The position numbers and the translations under genes are program-made. A model generated the notes under the pieces. That model had not been told where the DNA came from. It ran no database searches and was given only the letters and a program-made list of their open reading frames with translations. A stretch of DNA of 64,000 nucleotides from Candidatus Omnitrophota bacterium (GTDB taxonomy: Bacteria; Omnitrophota; Gorgyraeia; JAHJTE01), in the NCBI GenBank assembly GCA_040753675.1, contig JBFMEB010000004.1:4288-68287 (forward strand), read 5' to 3'. Shown piece after piece: positions 38,408 through 48,187 of the stretch (position 1 is the first letter of the stretch; each line of letters begins with the position of its first letter).

Positions 38408-38639
38408 AAATGAGCAGACAACTTATGGAAGCTTTAGCGACGTAAGTTGTAGACCTTCGGTCGTCTGCGAATTTGACCCAGCACTTATTTTACTGCCAGT
38501 CTTAGCATTAAAATTTTAAGTTTTATTAAAATAAAAACTTCCTTTTTATTACCCAGCTTTTTAGTAAAATAAGTGCTGGGTAAGTTCGGCCAGACAACTT
38601 ATGTCGTCCTTTATGATCCATAAGTTGTGGCCTCACTTA
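38408..38639. mobile_element. MITE-like repeated intergenic element, copy 3
   Basis: Termini AAATGAGCAGACAACTTATGGAAG ... CATAAGTTGTGGCCTCACTTA, with an internal long stem ACCCAGCACTTATTTTAC / GTAAAATAAGTGCTGGGT. It abuts the start codon of the 38009-38404 gene. Its TAA (within CACTTATT) is the stop codon of the SDR gene. Confidence 0.6.
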
Positions 38640-39413
38640 TTCCTTAGGATGGTCTTGTTTATAGGGTATTACTGGTTTTGTCCAAGGCGTCTGCTGGTTA
38701 ATTACGGCAATTTCCAAAGGGCAGACATTGGCCGGAACAGTTAAGGCAAATCTTACCGCATTCTCAATCGCTTCCGTAGTCATAAGGCGCGAGCTATCGG
38801 TAGTTATTTCTTGCAATTTCCCGGTAAGGTCTGTGTCGGTTACACCCGGCAATATCGAAGTTACTTTTATGCCGTGGTCGCGTAATTCCCAAAATAGCCC
38901 TTTAGAAAAAGCCCGTAAACCGACTTTCAAGGAACTATAGACAATGAAATTCCTTGGTAAGGGATCGCAAAGAGTAGAACCGGAAACCATATTAATAATT
39001 GCACCCTCTTTGTTTTTTATCATATCATTTATGACTAAACGGATAAGCCGAACATAACCCAAATAGTTTGTATGGCTGAGTTTTTCAAAATCTTCAAGGG
39101 GCTGTTTTTCAAATGGGTACTGGCTAGAGACTCCGGCGTTGTTTATCAAGATATCTATTGAATGAAATTTCTCTTTAGTTTTATTAACCAAATTCTGGAG
39201 GTCTTCTAATTTAGTTACATCGCAAGGAATAGTTAAAATCTCTACTTTGTATTTTTTCTTAATTTCATCTGCTGTTTCAATTAGAGGGCCTTCCTGACGC
39301 GCGGCAAGACTCAAATTAATGCCTAAACTTGCCACGGTATTAGCTATGGCCTTTCCTATTCCCCGACTTGCACCGGTAATGATTGCGGTTTTTCCTTTTA
39401 GATTAACACTCAT
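38637..39413 (-). CDS. SDR family oxidoreductase (ketoreductase-like)
   Basis: 258 aa; TGASRGIGKAIA, NNAG, and the S...YxxxK catalytic spacing. Confidence 0.85.
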   Translation of the reverse strand: MSVNLKGKTAIITGASRGIGKAIANTVASLGINLSLAARQEGPLIETADEIKKKYKVEILTIPCDVTKLEDLQNLVNKTKEKFHSIDILINNAGVSSQYPFEKQPLEDFEKLSHTNYLGYVRLIRLVINDMIKNKEGAIINMVSGSTLCDPLPRNFIVYSSLKVGLRAFSKGLFWELRDHGIKVTSILPGVTDTDLTGKLQEITTDSSRLMTTEAIENAVRFALTVPANVCPLEIAVINQQTPWTKPVIPYKQDHPKE

Positions 39414-39428
39414 AATTCCTCCGATTTT

Positions 39429-40550
39429 TCAATTATTGCCTAATAATGGTTTTGTTAAGGATAGCAAACATACCAGGCATATACCAAAAATAACGAAACC
39501 AAAATTAAAATTCCTCTGCATCAATAAGCCGCCTAAGCCTACTCCGATGCTGCCGGAGAGGAAACGTATACTGCTGTTTAGACTTGCCGCTTCATTTAAG
39601 AATTCTTTTGGCAAATCAGTAAGCAAAGTCGAGATACCAGCGTGATTAAAAGTCCAACCCAGACCCCAGACAATCATAATCAGCGCTAAAACAATAATAG
39701 GCCATTTAGCGGTTAGTAAAAATATGCTGATAGTCATTAAGATAAGGCCTAAATTTACAATTTTTAGCCGTCCAACAAAATCAGAAAACCAACCACCCAA
39801 TACTTCTCCAAATATTCCACTTAAGCTTACCGAGGTAATAAGCATGCTAATTGACAATTGGCTAAAGCTGTATCTAACTGAAAAATAAACTCCTAACCAT
39901 TGCTGCAAGCCATGATAAAACAAACTAATTAAAAATATGTAGGCGAAGATAAAGATTATTTTCTTGGCTTTAAAGAGTGTTAAATAATTAAACTTAAAAC
40001 CAATGGCAATTTCTTTAAAACTTGGGAGATAAAAATAAATATGTATCCAGAGAATAAAACCCAATATCGCCGGGATTAAAAAAATTAGCCGCCAAGGTAT
40101 AAAACCAGTTAAAAATAGTCCTACGAGTGAAGCCACAAATGTACTTGAAAAAAAAGTGCCCACTAGCTTACCCCTATTAGTATCTGAAGCATAATGGGAA
40201 ATCAATATAAGAACAAGAGGTATAACCGAGGCGCCAAATAAGCCCATAAAGAATCTGGCAATAAAGAGCATATTTAGATCTTGAGAAAGAGCAGCTATGA
40301 GATTTGCTAAGGAAAACAGGAAAAAACAAACTAATTCTATTTTTTTTGCATCAATTACTCTAACCAATGGACCGTAAAAAAGCGCAGCCAGGCCATAAGG
40401 AAGCATGTAAAGCCAAATTATATTGCCGGCAATAAACTGTGAAGTTTTGAATTCCTGAGAAATCGATGGAATCAAAGCTGAACAGGCGGCAACATTAAAA
40501 GAAAGAAGCGCACCCTCTAAACAAAGTATTATAAATGTGGTTTTCTTCAC
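39429..40550 (-). CDS. MFS transporter
   Basis: 373 aa with about 12 predicted TM helices. Confidence 0.75.
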   Translation of the reverse strand: MKKTTFIILCLEGALLSFNVAACSALIPSISQEFKTSQFIAGNIIWLYMLPYGLAALFYGPLVRVIDAKKIELVCFFLFSLANLIAALSQDLNMLFIARFFMGLFGASVIPLVLILISHYASDTNRGKLVGTFFSSTFVASLVGLFLTGFIPWRLIFLIPAILGFILWIHIYFYLPSFKEIAIGFKFNYLTLFKAKKIIFIFAYIFLISLFYHGLQQWLGVYFSVRYSFSQLSISMLITSVSLSGIFGEVLGGWFSDFVGRLKIVNLGLILMTISIFLLTAKWPIIVLALIMIVWGLGWTFNHAGISTLLTDLPKEFLNEAASLNSSIRFLSGSIGVGLGGLLMQRNFNFGFVIFGICLVCLLSLTKPLLGNN

Positions 40551-40987
40551 TCGCCGGCTTCTTTTTCGATAACGGATTTAAAAATCTTTAAATTTTCCTG
40601 GGAATGCTTATTTATAAAACCCTCTATTTGGTTGTCATTGAATTTTGCTTTTTCATCCATCTGGAAATGCTGTATCCAAGTCATTTCTACGCCTTCCGGT
40701 TTAGGCGTATAAAGCCAGATAATCTTCATATATTTAAAAGGAAATTTTGGCTCTTCTCTTTCTGAATAAGTAAAATATTTTTCTTTAAAAAGCAGCCGCC
40801 AAGACTGCCAGGATTTATCCTCATCATCAGTCAGACGAAAGGTTATCTTGTTCCCTTCTTTTTTTAAAACCTCGGATTTTTTATATTCTCCACCAAATAA
40901 TTCTGTCCAGCGCGGTATATCATTAGATATATCAAAAACTTTATTGTAATCTGCATTGATGAGAATTGAATTACAGGTATGTCCCAT
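40547..40987 (-). CDS. SRPBCC (Bet v1-like polyketide cyclase/aromatase-type) domain protein
   Basis: 146 aa; size and beta-grip/helix pattern consistent with the SRPBCC superfamily. The domain call is by inference. Confidence 0.55.
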   Translation of the reverse strand: MGHTCNSILINADYNKVFDISNDIPRWTELFGGEYKKSEVLKKEGNKITFRLTDDEDKSWQSWRLLFKEKYFTYSEREEPKFPFKYMKIIWLYTPKPEGVEMTWIQHFQMDEKAKFNDNQIEGFINKHSQENLKIFKSVIEKEAGE

Positions 40988-41008
40988 GAATTTCTCCTTT
41001 CAGTAAAC

Positions 41009-41809
41009 TTATAAGATAGCGACCACCCTCGCCCAGCCAGCACCGGCATTTCTAATCTTTACCGGAAAGCAACTTACCTTAAATCCAAAGGCTACAGGTA
41101 TTTTATCCAGATTAGCCAATCTTTCAATATGCGCATATTCGCGCCTGCGTCCTAAAAAATGCGATGGCCAGAGAACAGATTTATTTTTGGTTTTTAGAAA
41201 TTCCGTAAACATATCCGGGCAAGGTCGATCAAGGCCCAAGGTATCAATACCTATCATTTTAATGCCAAAATCCAGAAGATATTCGATTGCTTCTGGTAAG
41301 ACGCCAACGTATTTATTCACATATTCAGGTTTTCCTATAAATTTATCAGCACCTGTATTAAATAAAATAATGTCTAGGGGCTTTAATTTATAATTAATTT
41401 TATTTAGCGCGTTAACCACATCTTTATGGTTAATAATCTCAGGATATTTTTTATACTTAAAATCCAAAACTACTCCATCGCAATAGCACCACTCTAACGG
41501 CAAATCATTTATATATTTAGAGGGTTTGCCTTCGGATTTGCTTCCATAGTGATATGGCGCATCAACATGGGTGCCCATATGTACTGAAGAATTTACAATC
41601 TCTAAAGAAAGGAGTTCCTCATCAGGAACATCACCCGGCGCTATTAATCTCTCGCCTCTTTTAAACTTTGCCTCAGATACCCTATCTTTACTCATCAGCA
41701 CCCAATTTAGATGTTCAACTCCCTGGCTGTGGCTTATCCGCTGGATATTCGCAGCATGAGTCTCATCTAAAGTATCGTCAATCGGCAGACTCAAGTCAAT
41801 TATTTGCAT
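41009..41809 (-). CDS. Cyclase family protein (kynurenine formamidase-like fold)
   Basis: 266 aa; hallmark HMGTHVDAPYH motif. Confidence 0.75.
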   Translation of the reverse strand: MQIIDLSLPIDDTLDETHAANIQRISHSQGVEHLNWVLMSKDRVSEAKFKRGERLIAPGDVPDEELLSLEIVNSSVHMGTHVDAPYHYGSKSEGKPSKYINDLPLEWCYCDGVVLDFKYKKYPEIINHKDVVNALNKINYKLKPLDIILFNTGADKFIGKPEYVNKYVGVLPEAIEYLLDFGIKMIGIDTLGLDRPCPDMFTEFLKTKNKSVLWPSHFLGRRREYAHIERLANLDKIPVAFGFKVSCFPVKIRNAGAGWARVVAIL

Positions 41810-42045
41810 TATGCACCTAATTTAAGATTAATAATCTTCTCGATATCATTAACACTCGAAAATTTTGTAACTTCTTTTGCGCTCAATTTAATATTAAATG
41901 CCTTCTCCAAAGCAATTACTGCCTCTACCATTTCCGTAGAATCAACGCCTAACCCAGACTCAAGGGCTATATCATCTTTTAATTCCTCAGGTCTAATCCT
42001 TAATAGTGTAATTAGGGTATCTTTTATTTTTGCTTTAGTATCCAT
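41809..42045 (-). CDS. Acyl carrier protein
   Basis: 78 aa; LGVDSTEMVE with a Ser at the phosphopantetheine attachment position. Confidence 0.85.
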   Translation of the reverse strand: MDTKAKIKDTLITLLRIRPEELKDDIALESGLGVDSTEMVEAVIALEKAFNIKLSAKEVTKFSSVNDIEKIINLKLGA

Positions 42046-42064
42046 ATATTTGTCTCCTTCAATA

Positions 42065-43540
42065 TCAGACGTGCACTTCGCCTTTTGTCGCGCCTGCCTC
42101 CCATTTGCCTACACCAGCCATAACATCCTGAAAACAAAGTTTGGCCAATATATCAAAATTACTTTCCATAATTCTGTTTATCCGGCCTGGCTTAGAATAA
42201 AATTCCCGCATGCACCAAGAACCTAACCTTCCTAATTCTTCGATAGATAAATGGTCAGTAGGAATAACCGGATGCAAAAAATCCCATTGGCTAAAATCTA
42301 TTTTCTTGGGATTAATCCAGTTTTTCTTCAGGCCTATTCTCCACATGGGAGAATTCGGTGCCGGTGTAACATAGCCAATCCAAAGGATGTCCGGGTCAAC
42401 CTCATCAGTAAACTCATATCTCTGTTTTATAATCTGTTCATTATCATAGTCGAAACCCATCATAATATCAGCAACAACTGCAATATCGTTTTTGCACAAA
42501 ATCTCAATTGTCTTTTTAATCTGGTCAATTGTGATACCCTTGGCGATTTTCTTTAATTCTTCCGGAGTGGTAACTTCTATTCCAAACACGCCGATAAAAA
42601 GCCCCGTCTCTTTCATAAGAGGCAATATGGACTCGCAATTAACCCAATCTATTGCCCTGCCCAAAGACACCCATTTAACCGGTATGCCCTTCTCTTTTTT
42701 TAATTCACAGAATTTCTTTACTCTCGCCGGGTCAACATTGAAATTATCATCCTGGATAACTACGACTTTAACTCCGTATTTTTTATGCAAAAGCTCTAGC
42801 TCTTCTATCACCCTTTCTGGCGACTTTGCCCGCCATTTAAGAAAGTCGGAAGGTGAACGCGGGTCATATTGGTCCCATTCATAGCAAAAAGTGCAGGCAG
42901 AAGGGCATCCCCGCGATGTTACCATATCTACAAATGGTTTCCAATGAGTATGGCCAACGTATTTATCCATAGGAAACAGATCATAGGCTGGCAAGGGCAG
43001 CTTATCCAGCTCTTCTAATAATGGCTTGTGCGGGCCCATAACAATCTTGCCGTTGATTCGGGAAGTAACTCCCGCTACATCTTTTAAATTTTCACTTTTA
43101 TCAATTGCATTAATCAAATCATAAAACGATTCTTCTTCACCCATAACCACAAAATCAACAGCTGGATTTTCTTCTAATGTAGGAACTGGCATTGCAGAAT
43201 ACCAGAGCCCGCCGAATATAATTTTAACCTTAGGCAGTACTTGTTTTATTCTGGGAGCTATTTCGTTAAAATGCCGCAAGACGCCGTAACCGCCGTAAGA
43301 ATGAAGCTGCTCGCCTAAAACAACTATATCCGGATTTTTCGCCTTTACTTTAGCAACCATTTCGTCCATAGGTATTTCCAACGCCTTGCCGTCTATAACC
43401 TCCACATCTTCATAGCCCTTCTCCCGTACAAAGCTCGCCCAGTGGGCGTACAATTGATTTGGAGCAACATGTTTTCCATGCGTTGCCCAAGAACCAACCT
43501 TAGGCATAACGAACAATATCTTCATTTTAACCTCCCTCAA
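42065..43540 (-). CDS. B12-binding-domain radical SAM enzyme (class B radical SAM)
   Basis: 491 aa; N-terminal cobalamin-binding Rossmann region, then CPSACTFC (CxxxCxxC). Confidence 0.85.
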   Translation of the reverse strand: MREVKMKILFVMPKVGSWATHGKHVAPNQLYAHWASFVREKGYEDVEVIDGKALEIPMDEMVAKVKAKNPDIVVLGEQLHSYGGYGVLRHFNEIAPRIKQVLPKVKIIFGGLWYSAMPVPTLEENPAVDFVVMGEEESFYDLINAIDKSENLKDVAGVTSRINGKIVMGPHKPLLEELDKLPLPAYDLFPMDKYVGHTHWKPFVDMVTSRGCPSACTFCYEWDQYDPRSPSDFLKWRAKSPERVIEELELLHKKYGVKVVVIQDDNFNVDPARVKKFCELKKEKGIPVKWVSLGRAIDWVNCESILPLMKETGLFIGVFGIEVTTPEELKKIAKGITIDQIKKTIEILCKNDIAVVADIMMGFDYDNEQIIKQRYEFTDEVDPDILWIGYVTPAPNSPMWRIGLKKNWINPKKIDFSQWDFLHPVIPTDHLSIEELGRLGSWCMREFYSKPGRINRIMESNFDILAKLCFQDVMAGVGKWEAGATKGEVHV

Positions 43541-43658
43541 TCGCTAAAACGCAAAATAAGTTATTACAATATCTAAAATAACACCGCTAAATCGCAAAAA
43601 TTTATTTTGCGTTCTCTGCTGACTAAATTATATTTCTTGTAGTTTTGCGTTTTTGCGG
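43541..43658. repeat. Palindromic repeat spacer (CGCTAAAACGCAAAAT x2 direct, then ATTTTGCGTT / GTTTTGCGTTTTTGCGG inverted)
   Basis: Read directly between the rSAM start and the KS-beta stop. Confidence 0.45.
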
Positions 43659-44888
43659 TCATGCTTTCTCCACTACCAATACTGAATTAATCCCGCCTCT
43701 GCCACGAGAAATTATCAACGCCTTATTTATCTTATAATCAATTGCTTCTCTCTTGATATAATTTAGACCTGCTTGAACCGGTTCTGCCAAATTTATAGTA
43801 GGCGCCACTACACTATGTTCCATAGAAAGAATGGTAATTATCAAATCAACAGCACCTGATGCGCCAAGCAGATTGCCAAACATTGATTTAGGGCAACTTA
43901 TAGGTATATCTTTAACTCTTTTGCCAAAAACATTTTTTATTGCTTCTAATTCTGAGTTATCCCAAATGTCTAATGCCAAACCATCCAAGCTTATATAATC
44001 TATTTTATCAGGTTCAACTTTCGCATCTATTAGTGCCATTTTAATAGACCTTGCCAATTCTTTACCGTCTGGGGATGGGTTAATCCTATCAGCTCCATCA
44101 CAGGTAGTGCCATAACCGCTGATAAAACCCCAAATATTGGCGCCTCTCGCTTTTGCACGGTTAATAGACTCCATAACAACAATGCCTGCGCCCTCTCCTA
44201 TAACACATCCGTCGCGCTTATTATCAAAAGGCCTGTATGCGCTTTGCGGGTTAAGATTATTTTTAGAAAGCGCGCCGTAACTATTGCAACATAAAAGCGC
44301 GTAAGGAGTAACCGGGGCCTCCATGCCGCCGGCTAAAATCATATTAAGTTTATTCTTGCTCAAAACCTTACGGGCATAGCCAATTGCCATTAAAGAACTT
44401 GCCCGGTCAGCAACAACTGTCTTACTAAATCCTTTTATACCATAATAAATAGAAACCTGGCCTTGCGGCGCAGCCGGAAACCAGGCCGAGGCCATATAAG
44501 GAGAAACGCCATTGCGGCCCTCAAGATATAAATCGCGCAACTCTGTTTCTGCATACATCCACCCGCCTAAGGCATTACCTAAGAAAATTCCTATGAGATT
44601 AGGATCTTCATTTTTAATGTCAATACCTGCATCTTCTAAGGCAAGCTCTGAGGCAATAAGAGCCATATGAGAAAATGCGTCTATTTTTTTTAGAAGGCGT
44701 TCTGAGATATTAGAATATTTTTCCAAATCGTCAATCTGGCCGGCTATATGCGAAGGGTATTTACTTGACTCGAAACGGGTAATTTCTTTTATAAAAGACC
44801 TTCCCGCTTTTATATTTGCCCAAAACTGGCGCTTACCAATACCAGAAGGCGCAACCACGCCAATGCCTGTAACAGCGATTTTCTTCAT
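43659..44888 (-). CDS. Ketosynthase-like protein lacking the catalytic triad (KS-beta / chain-length-factor-like)
   Basis: 409 aa thiolase fold. Active-site positions read ADRASS (Arg in place of the Cys of TACxxG), GYGTTCDGAD (Tyr in place of the His of NAHGTST), and KSMFGNLLGASGA (Asn in place of the His of KSxxGH). Confidence 0.75.
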   Translation of the reverse strand: MKKIAVTGIGVVAPSGIGKRQFWANIKAGRSFIKEITRFESSKYPSHIAGQIDDLEKYSNISERLLKKIDAFSHMALIASELALEDAGIDIKNEDPNLIGIFLGNALGGWMYAETELRDLYLEGRNGVSPYMASAWFPAAPQGQVSIYYGIKGFSKTVVADRASSLMAIGYARKVLSKNKLNMILAGGMEAPVTPYALLCCNSYGALSKNNLNPQSAYRPFDNKRDGCVIGEGAGIVVMESINRAKARGANIWGFISGYGTTCDGADRINPSPDGKELARSIKMALIDAKVEPDKIDYISLDGLALDIWDNSELEAIKNVFGKRVKDIPISCPKSMFGNLLGASGAVDLIITILSMEHSVVAPTINLAEPVQAGLNYIKREAIDYKINKALIISRGRGGINSVLVVEKA

Positions 44889-45040
44889 ATTAAATGGTTA
44901 AACTCTAAACTCAAAACTCTAAATCCTAAATAAACCCAAAAGCAAAAATAAAAATGTCCAAAATAGCATTTTTGAGTTTTATGTTTTAGGTTTTGGATTT
45001 GTTTAGAGTTTAGGATTTGTGATTTAGGATTTAATTTCAT
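44889..45040. repeat. Heptamer-periodic palindromic array (AAACTCT/AAACTCA/AAATCCT direct, then AGGATTT/TAGGTTT inverted)
   Basis: Read directly between the KS-alpha and KS-beta genes. Confidence 0.5.
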
Positions 45041-46312
45041 TCATCCACCGTATCTCCTCATCACCAATGATGAATGTATTCCCGAAAATCCACTTGAGGT
45101 TTTGAGAATTGTATTTACTTTCTTCTCTCTCGCCACATTTGGAATATAATCTAAATCGCAAAGAGGGTCTTTTTCTTCCTGATTTATTGTGGGAGGCAGA
45201 ATATTTTCCTTAAAAATCATAGAACATACTGTCAACTCTACTGCATTTGCCGCAGCCAAAGGATGGCCAATCATAGATTTAAGCGAGCTAATAGGCAATT
45301 TATAAGCATAATCGCCAAAAACCGTCTTGTAAGCATTTGTTTCAAATATATCATTCATGCGAGTAGAAGAACCATGGGCATTAATATAATCTATATCTTT
45401 AGGCCTGAACCTCGCATCTTCCAAAGCCAAGCGTATGCAATTTGTCATTGCTGTCCCGTCTTGCGGAAGATCGGTCATATGAAAGGCATTACAACTTGTG
45501 CCAAAACCAAGAACCTCGCAATAAATACGAGCTGAACGCTTTAATGCATGATTTAATTCCTCTAGCACTAATATGCCTGCGCCCTCAGATAAGACAAAAC
45601 CATCGCGCTTATTATCAAAAGGCCGGCTTGCTGCAGCTGGATTATCATTACGAACAGATAAAACATTAACCACATCAAACGCGCCAAAGGTAATTGGTGT
45701 AATTGGCGCTTCAGCTGCGCCGCTAATCATAACATCTTGTTCTCCATCCTGAATTGTCTCAAAAGCAAAACCAATAGAATCTGTACCAGCAGTGCAACCA
45801 GTAGACAATGTATTGCATATCCCTTTTAAACCATATTTGGCGCTAATCTCGATAGACGGAGTATTAAACATTGCTGCATCGTATAAATCAGGCCTTGCTT
45901 TCCCTGGATCGATGGCTTTCTTACCGTCTTCCGTCACTAATGCAAATTCCTCTTCCATATATTTTGTTCCGCAAATAGCATTAGCAAGGCAGACGCCGAT
46001 GCGCTGATGGTCTTCTTTAGAAAAGTCTAAGCCGCTATCCTTTATTGCCATCTCACCTGCCAGGACAGCAAACTGCACATATCTATCCATACGCATAACA
46101 TCATCGTGACTAAGGCCTAATTTAAACGGATCAAAATCCCTGACCTCTGCGGCAATTTTGGTATTAAATACAGAAACGTCAAAGCCATCAACTAATTCAA
46201 TCCCTGATTTACCTTTAATCATCGCGTTATAAACATTTTCCTTGCCTATGCCGTTTGGGGATATGACGCCGATACCAGTAATTACCACTCTTCGTTTTTT
46301 CATATTAATCAA
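45041..46312 (-). CDS. Beta-ketoacyl synthase (KS-alpha; FabF/type II PKS KS family) with intact Cys-His-His triad
   Basis: 423 aa; catalytic Cys in CNTLSTGCTAGTDSIGFA, NAHGSSTRMND, and KSMIGHPLAAA. Confidence 0.85.
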   Translation of the reverse strand: MINMKKRRVVITGIGVISPNGIGKENVYNAMIKGKSGIELVDGFDVSVFNTKIAAEVRDFDPFKLGLSHDDVMRMDRYVQFAVLAGEMAIKDSGLDFSKEDHQRIGVCLANAICGTKYMEEEFALVTEDGKKAIDPGKARPDLYDAAMFNTPSIEISAKYGLKGICNTLSTGCTAGTDSIGFAFETIQDGEQDVMISGAAEAPITPITFGAFDVVNVLSVRNDNPAAASRPFDNKRDGFVLSEGAGILVLEELNHALKRSARIYCEVLGFGTSCNAFHMTDLPQDGTAMTNCIRLALEDARFRPKDIDYINAHGSSTRMNDIFETNAYKTVFGDYAYKLPISSLKSMIGHPLAAANAVELTVCSMIFKENILPPTINQEEKDPLCDLDYIPNVAREKKVNTILKTSSGFSGIHSSLVMRRYGG

Positions 46313-46899
46313 TCTTCTACCCTTGTTACTTTAAAAACTATATTCCCTCCGTCTGGACAGGTAACTGTATCGATTGAGTCAGGGTCACTCATAAAGAAAA
46401 ATTTTGCGCCGAAATTAAGCGCAAAAAGCGCCGGGAACGCTGTATGGAATGCAGCTCCGCAAAAGTTAGGTATACACTTGAGGCCTTGAGTTTCCCATTT
46501 ATCTCCTACCTGGTAACCAAAGGTGCATTTGCCTTTTGCTTTAACCACCTCAATAAGCATCTTCTTAGGTTTGGGACCCTTGAAATTTTCATCTTTGGGA
46601 ATAAATTCGACTTTGCCATTTTTATCCAAAATTTCTGCCTTAAACTCTAATTTTCCACCGTCAGGGCAAGTAACCAATAAAGAACGCTGATTATCCCGAA
46701 AGGGGAATTTTGCGCCAAAACTTAAGGCATATATAACCGGAAAAAGAGCATGGGCGAGTCCTAAGCAAAAATGTTTTGGAGGATGAGTAAAATCTTCCAA
46801 AATTAACTCATCGCCTTTCTTATATCCGTGATAACAATGACCAGCAACTTCGTTTACAGTAAGTTTTAACTTTGGAAATGGTGAATTAATCTCGCTCAT
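46309..46899 (-). CDS. Hypothetical protein made of two tandem ~95-aa Cys/His-containing repeats
   Basis: 196 aa. Repeat 1 (..CYHGYKKGDEL...HFCLGLAHALFPVIYALSFGAKFPF....VTCPDGGKLEFK) aligns with repeat 2 (..CTFGYQVGDKW...NFCGAAFHTAFPALFALNFGAKFFF....VTCPDGGNIVFK). Confidence 0.5.
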   Translation of the reverse strand: MSEINSPFPKLKLTVNEVAGHCYHGYKKGDELILEDFTHPPKHFCLGLAHALFPVIYALSFGAKFPFRDNQRSLLVTCPDGGKLEFKAEILDKNGKVEFIPKDENFKGPKPKKMLIEVVKAKGKCTFGYQVGDKWETQGLKCIPNFCGAAFHTAFPALFALNFGAKFFFMSDPDSIDTVTCPDGGNIVFKVTRVED

Positions 46900-46900
46900 A

Positions 46901-47905
46901 TTAATTAAATAACTCCTTTGTGTTATTAATCAATTCTTCTTTAGTAAAAAATTTATTTTTTCGTTCAACTTCATGAACCATATCAACTAATTTCTTATTT
47001 AAGAATGCATTAATATTATTTTCCTCTGCAATTCTTACAAATTCACCATTTATATAATCTATTTCTGAAAGCCTGCCCCGTTTAATGCTCTGCAATATTG
47101 AGCCATACAATGGTTCCTTGCTTAAATTAGCCATAATAGAAGAAAATATCTTGGCTGCTTCTAGATTAGAGAGAGAAGTTAATTTAGTCAATCTTTCTAA
47201 CGGAAAATCAGGCAATGAAACTAAATTTATGCCGGCTTTATTGATAACTTTAAGCCCTTCTTTCCATATTGCAATACTTATGCGGCTAATCTCAATATCA
47301 GAAAAGGCCTCTTGCATACTCACGCCTAATATTGCGCTTATACAGTTATTTGCATTTACAAACATTTTCAAATACTTCATTCCTTTTATGTTATCAGAAA
47401 CAATTACCGGAAAAATTTTATTTAGGATTCTACTAATTTCTGTTACTATTTCGTCATTTTTATTAAAAGTCCTGCCGATTATCCAACTACCTTCAAAATT
47501 ATGCACTACCTTAGCCGGCTCTAAATACGTAGAGCCAAACATAACAATACTTGAGATAATATTATCTTTGGAGATATATTTTGCAACTATTGTTTCTGCC
47601 TGAATGCCGTTCTGGGTTGTCAATATAAGCGTATCTTTAATCAGATTTATATTTTCTTTTAATGCTGTCTCTATATCCTGTGTCTTAGTTGCCAAAATTA
47701 TTAAATCAGGCCTGTGGTTTAATTTTTCATAAGCCTCTATTCCTATTTTAAAATCTCCCTTTACTCCTGAGATCTCTAAGCCCTTTTCTTTTATTGCCTT
47801 AACTGAACTCTTATGGCCGACTAAAGATATCTCTTCGCCCTTAGATTTTAAATATCCAGCTACAAGACAACCAATTGCTCCAGCTCCAATTACTGCTATT
47901 TTCAT
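46901..47905 (-). CDS. Ketopantoate reductase (ApbA/PanE) family NAD(P)-dependent oxidoreductase
   Basis: 334 aa; MKIAVIGAGAIGCLVAGYL Rossmann start and ApbA-family length. Confidence 0.75.
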   Translation of the reverse strand: MKIAVIGAGAIGCLVAGYLKSKGEEISLVGHKSSVKAIKEKGLEISGVKGDFKIGIEAYEKLNHRPDLIILATKTQDIETALKENINLIKDTLILTTQNGIQAETIVAKYISKDNIISSIVMFGSTYLEPAKVVHNFEGSWIIGRTFNKNDEIVTEISRILNKIFPVIVSDNIKGMKYLKMFVNANNCISAILGVSMQEAFSDIEISRISIAIWKEGLKVINKAGINLVSLPDFPLERLTKLTSLSNLEAAKIFSSIMANLSKEPLYGSILQSIKRGRLSEIDYINGEFVRIAEENNINAFLNKKLVDMVHEVERKNKFFTKEELINNTKELFN

Positions 47906-47908
47906 ATT

Positions 47909-48187
47909 AAATGAGCAGATAATTTATGGAACGTAAGTGACATAAATTATAGCCCCGCCCTTTTATTAATCCATATTTAGACGAACCCAGCCCAAAAGGG
48001 CGGGGCGTCTGCGAATTTAACCCAGCACTTATTTTACTAAAAAGCTGGGTAATAAAAATTAAGATTTTATTCAAAGAAAATTTATTTTATTTCAAATTAA
48101 AGCCTGGCAATAAAATAAGTGCTGGGTAAGTTCAGCCATACAACTTATGTCGTTCTTACGAACTTCCATAAGTTGTGGCTTCACTTA
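47909..48187. mobile_element. MITE-like repeated intergenic element, copy 2
   Basis: Termini AAATGAGCAGATAATTTATGGAACG ... TTCCATAAGTTGTGGCTTCACTTA, with internal CCCCGCCC..GGGCGGGG hairpin and the ACCCAGCACTTATTTTAC / GTAAAATAAGTGCTGGGT long stem. Its TGA (within CTTCACTT) is the stop codon of the 48181-48438 gene. Confidence 0.6.
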
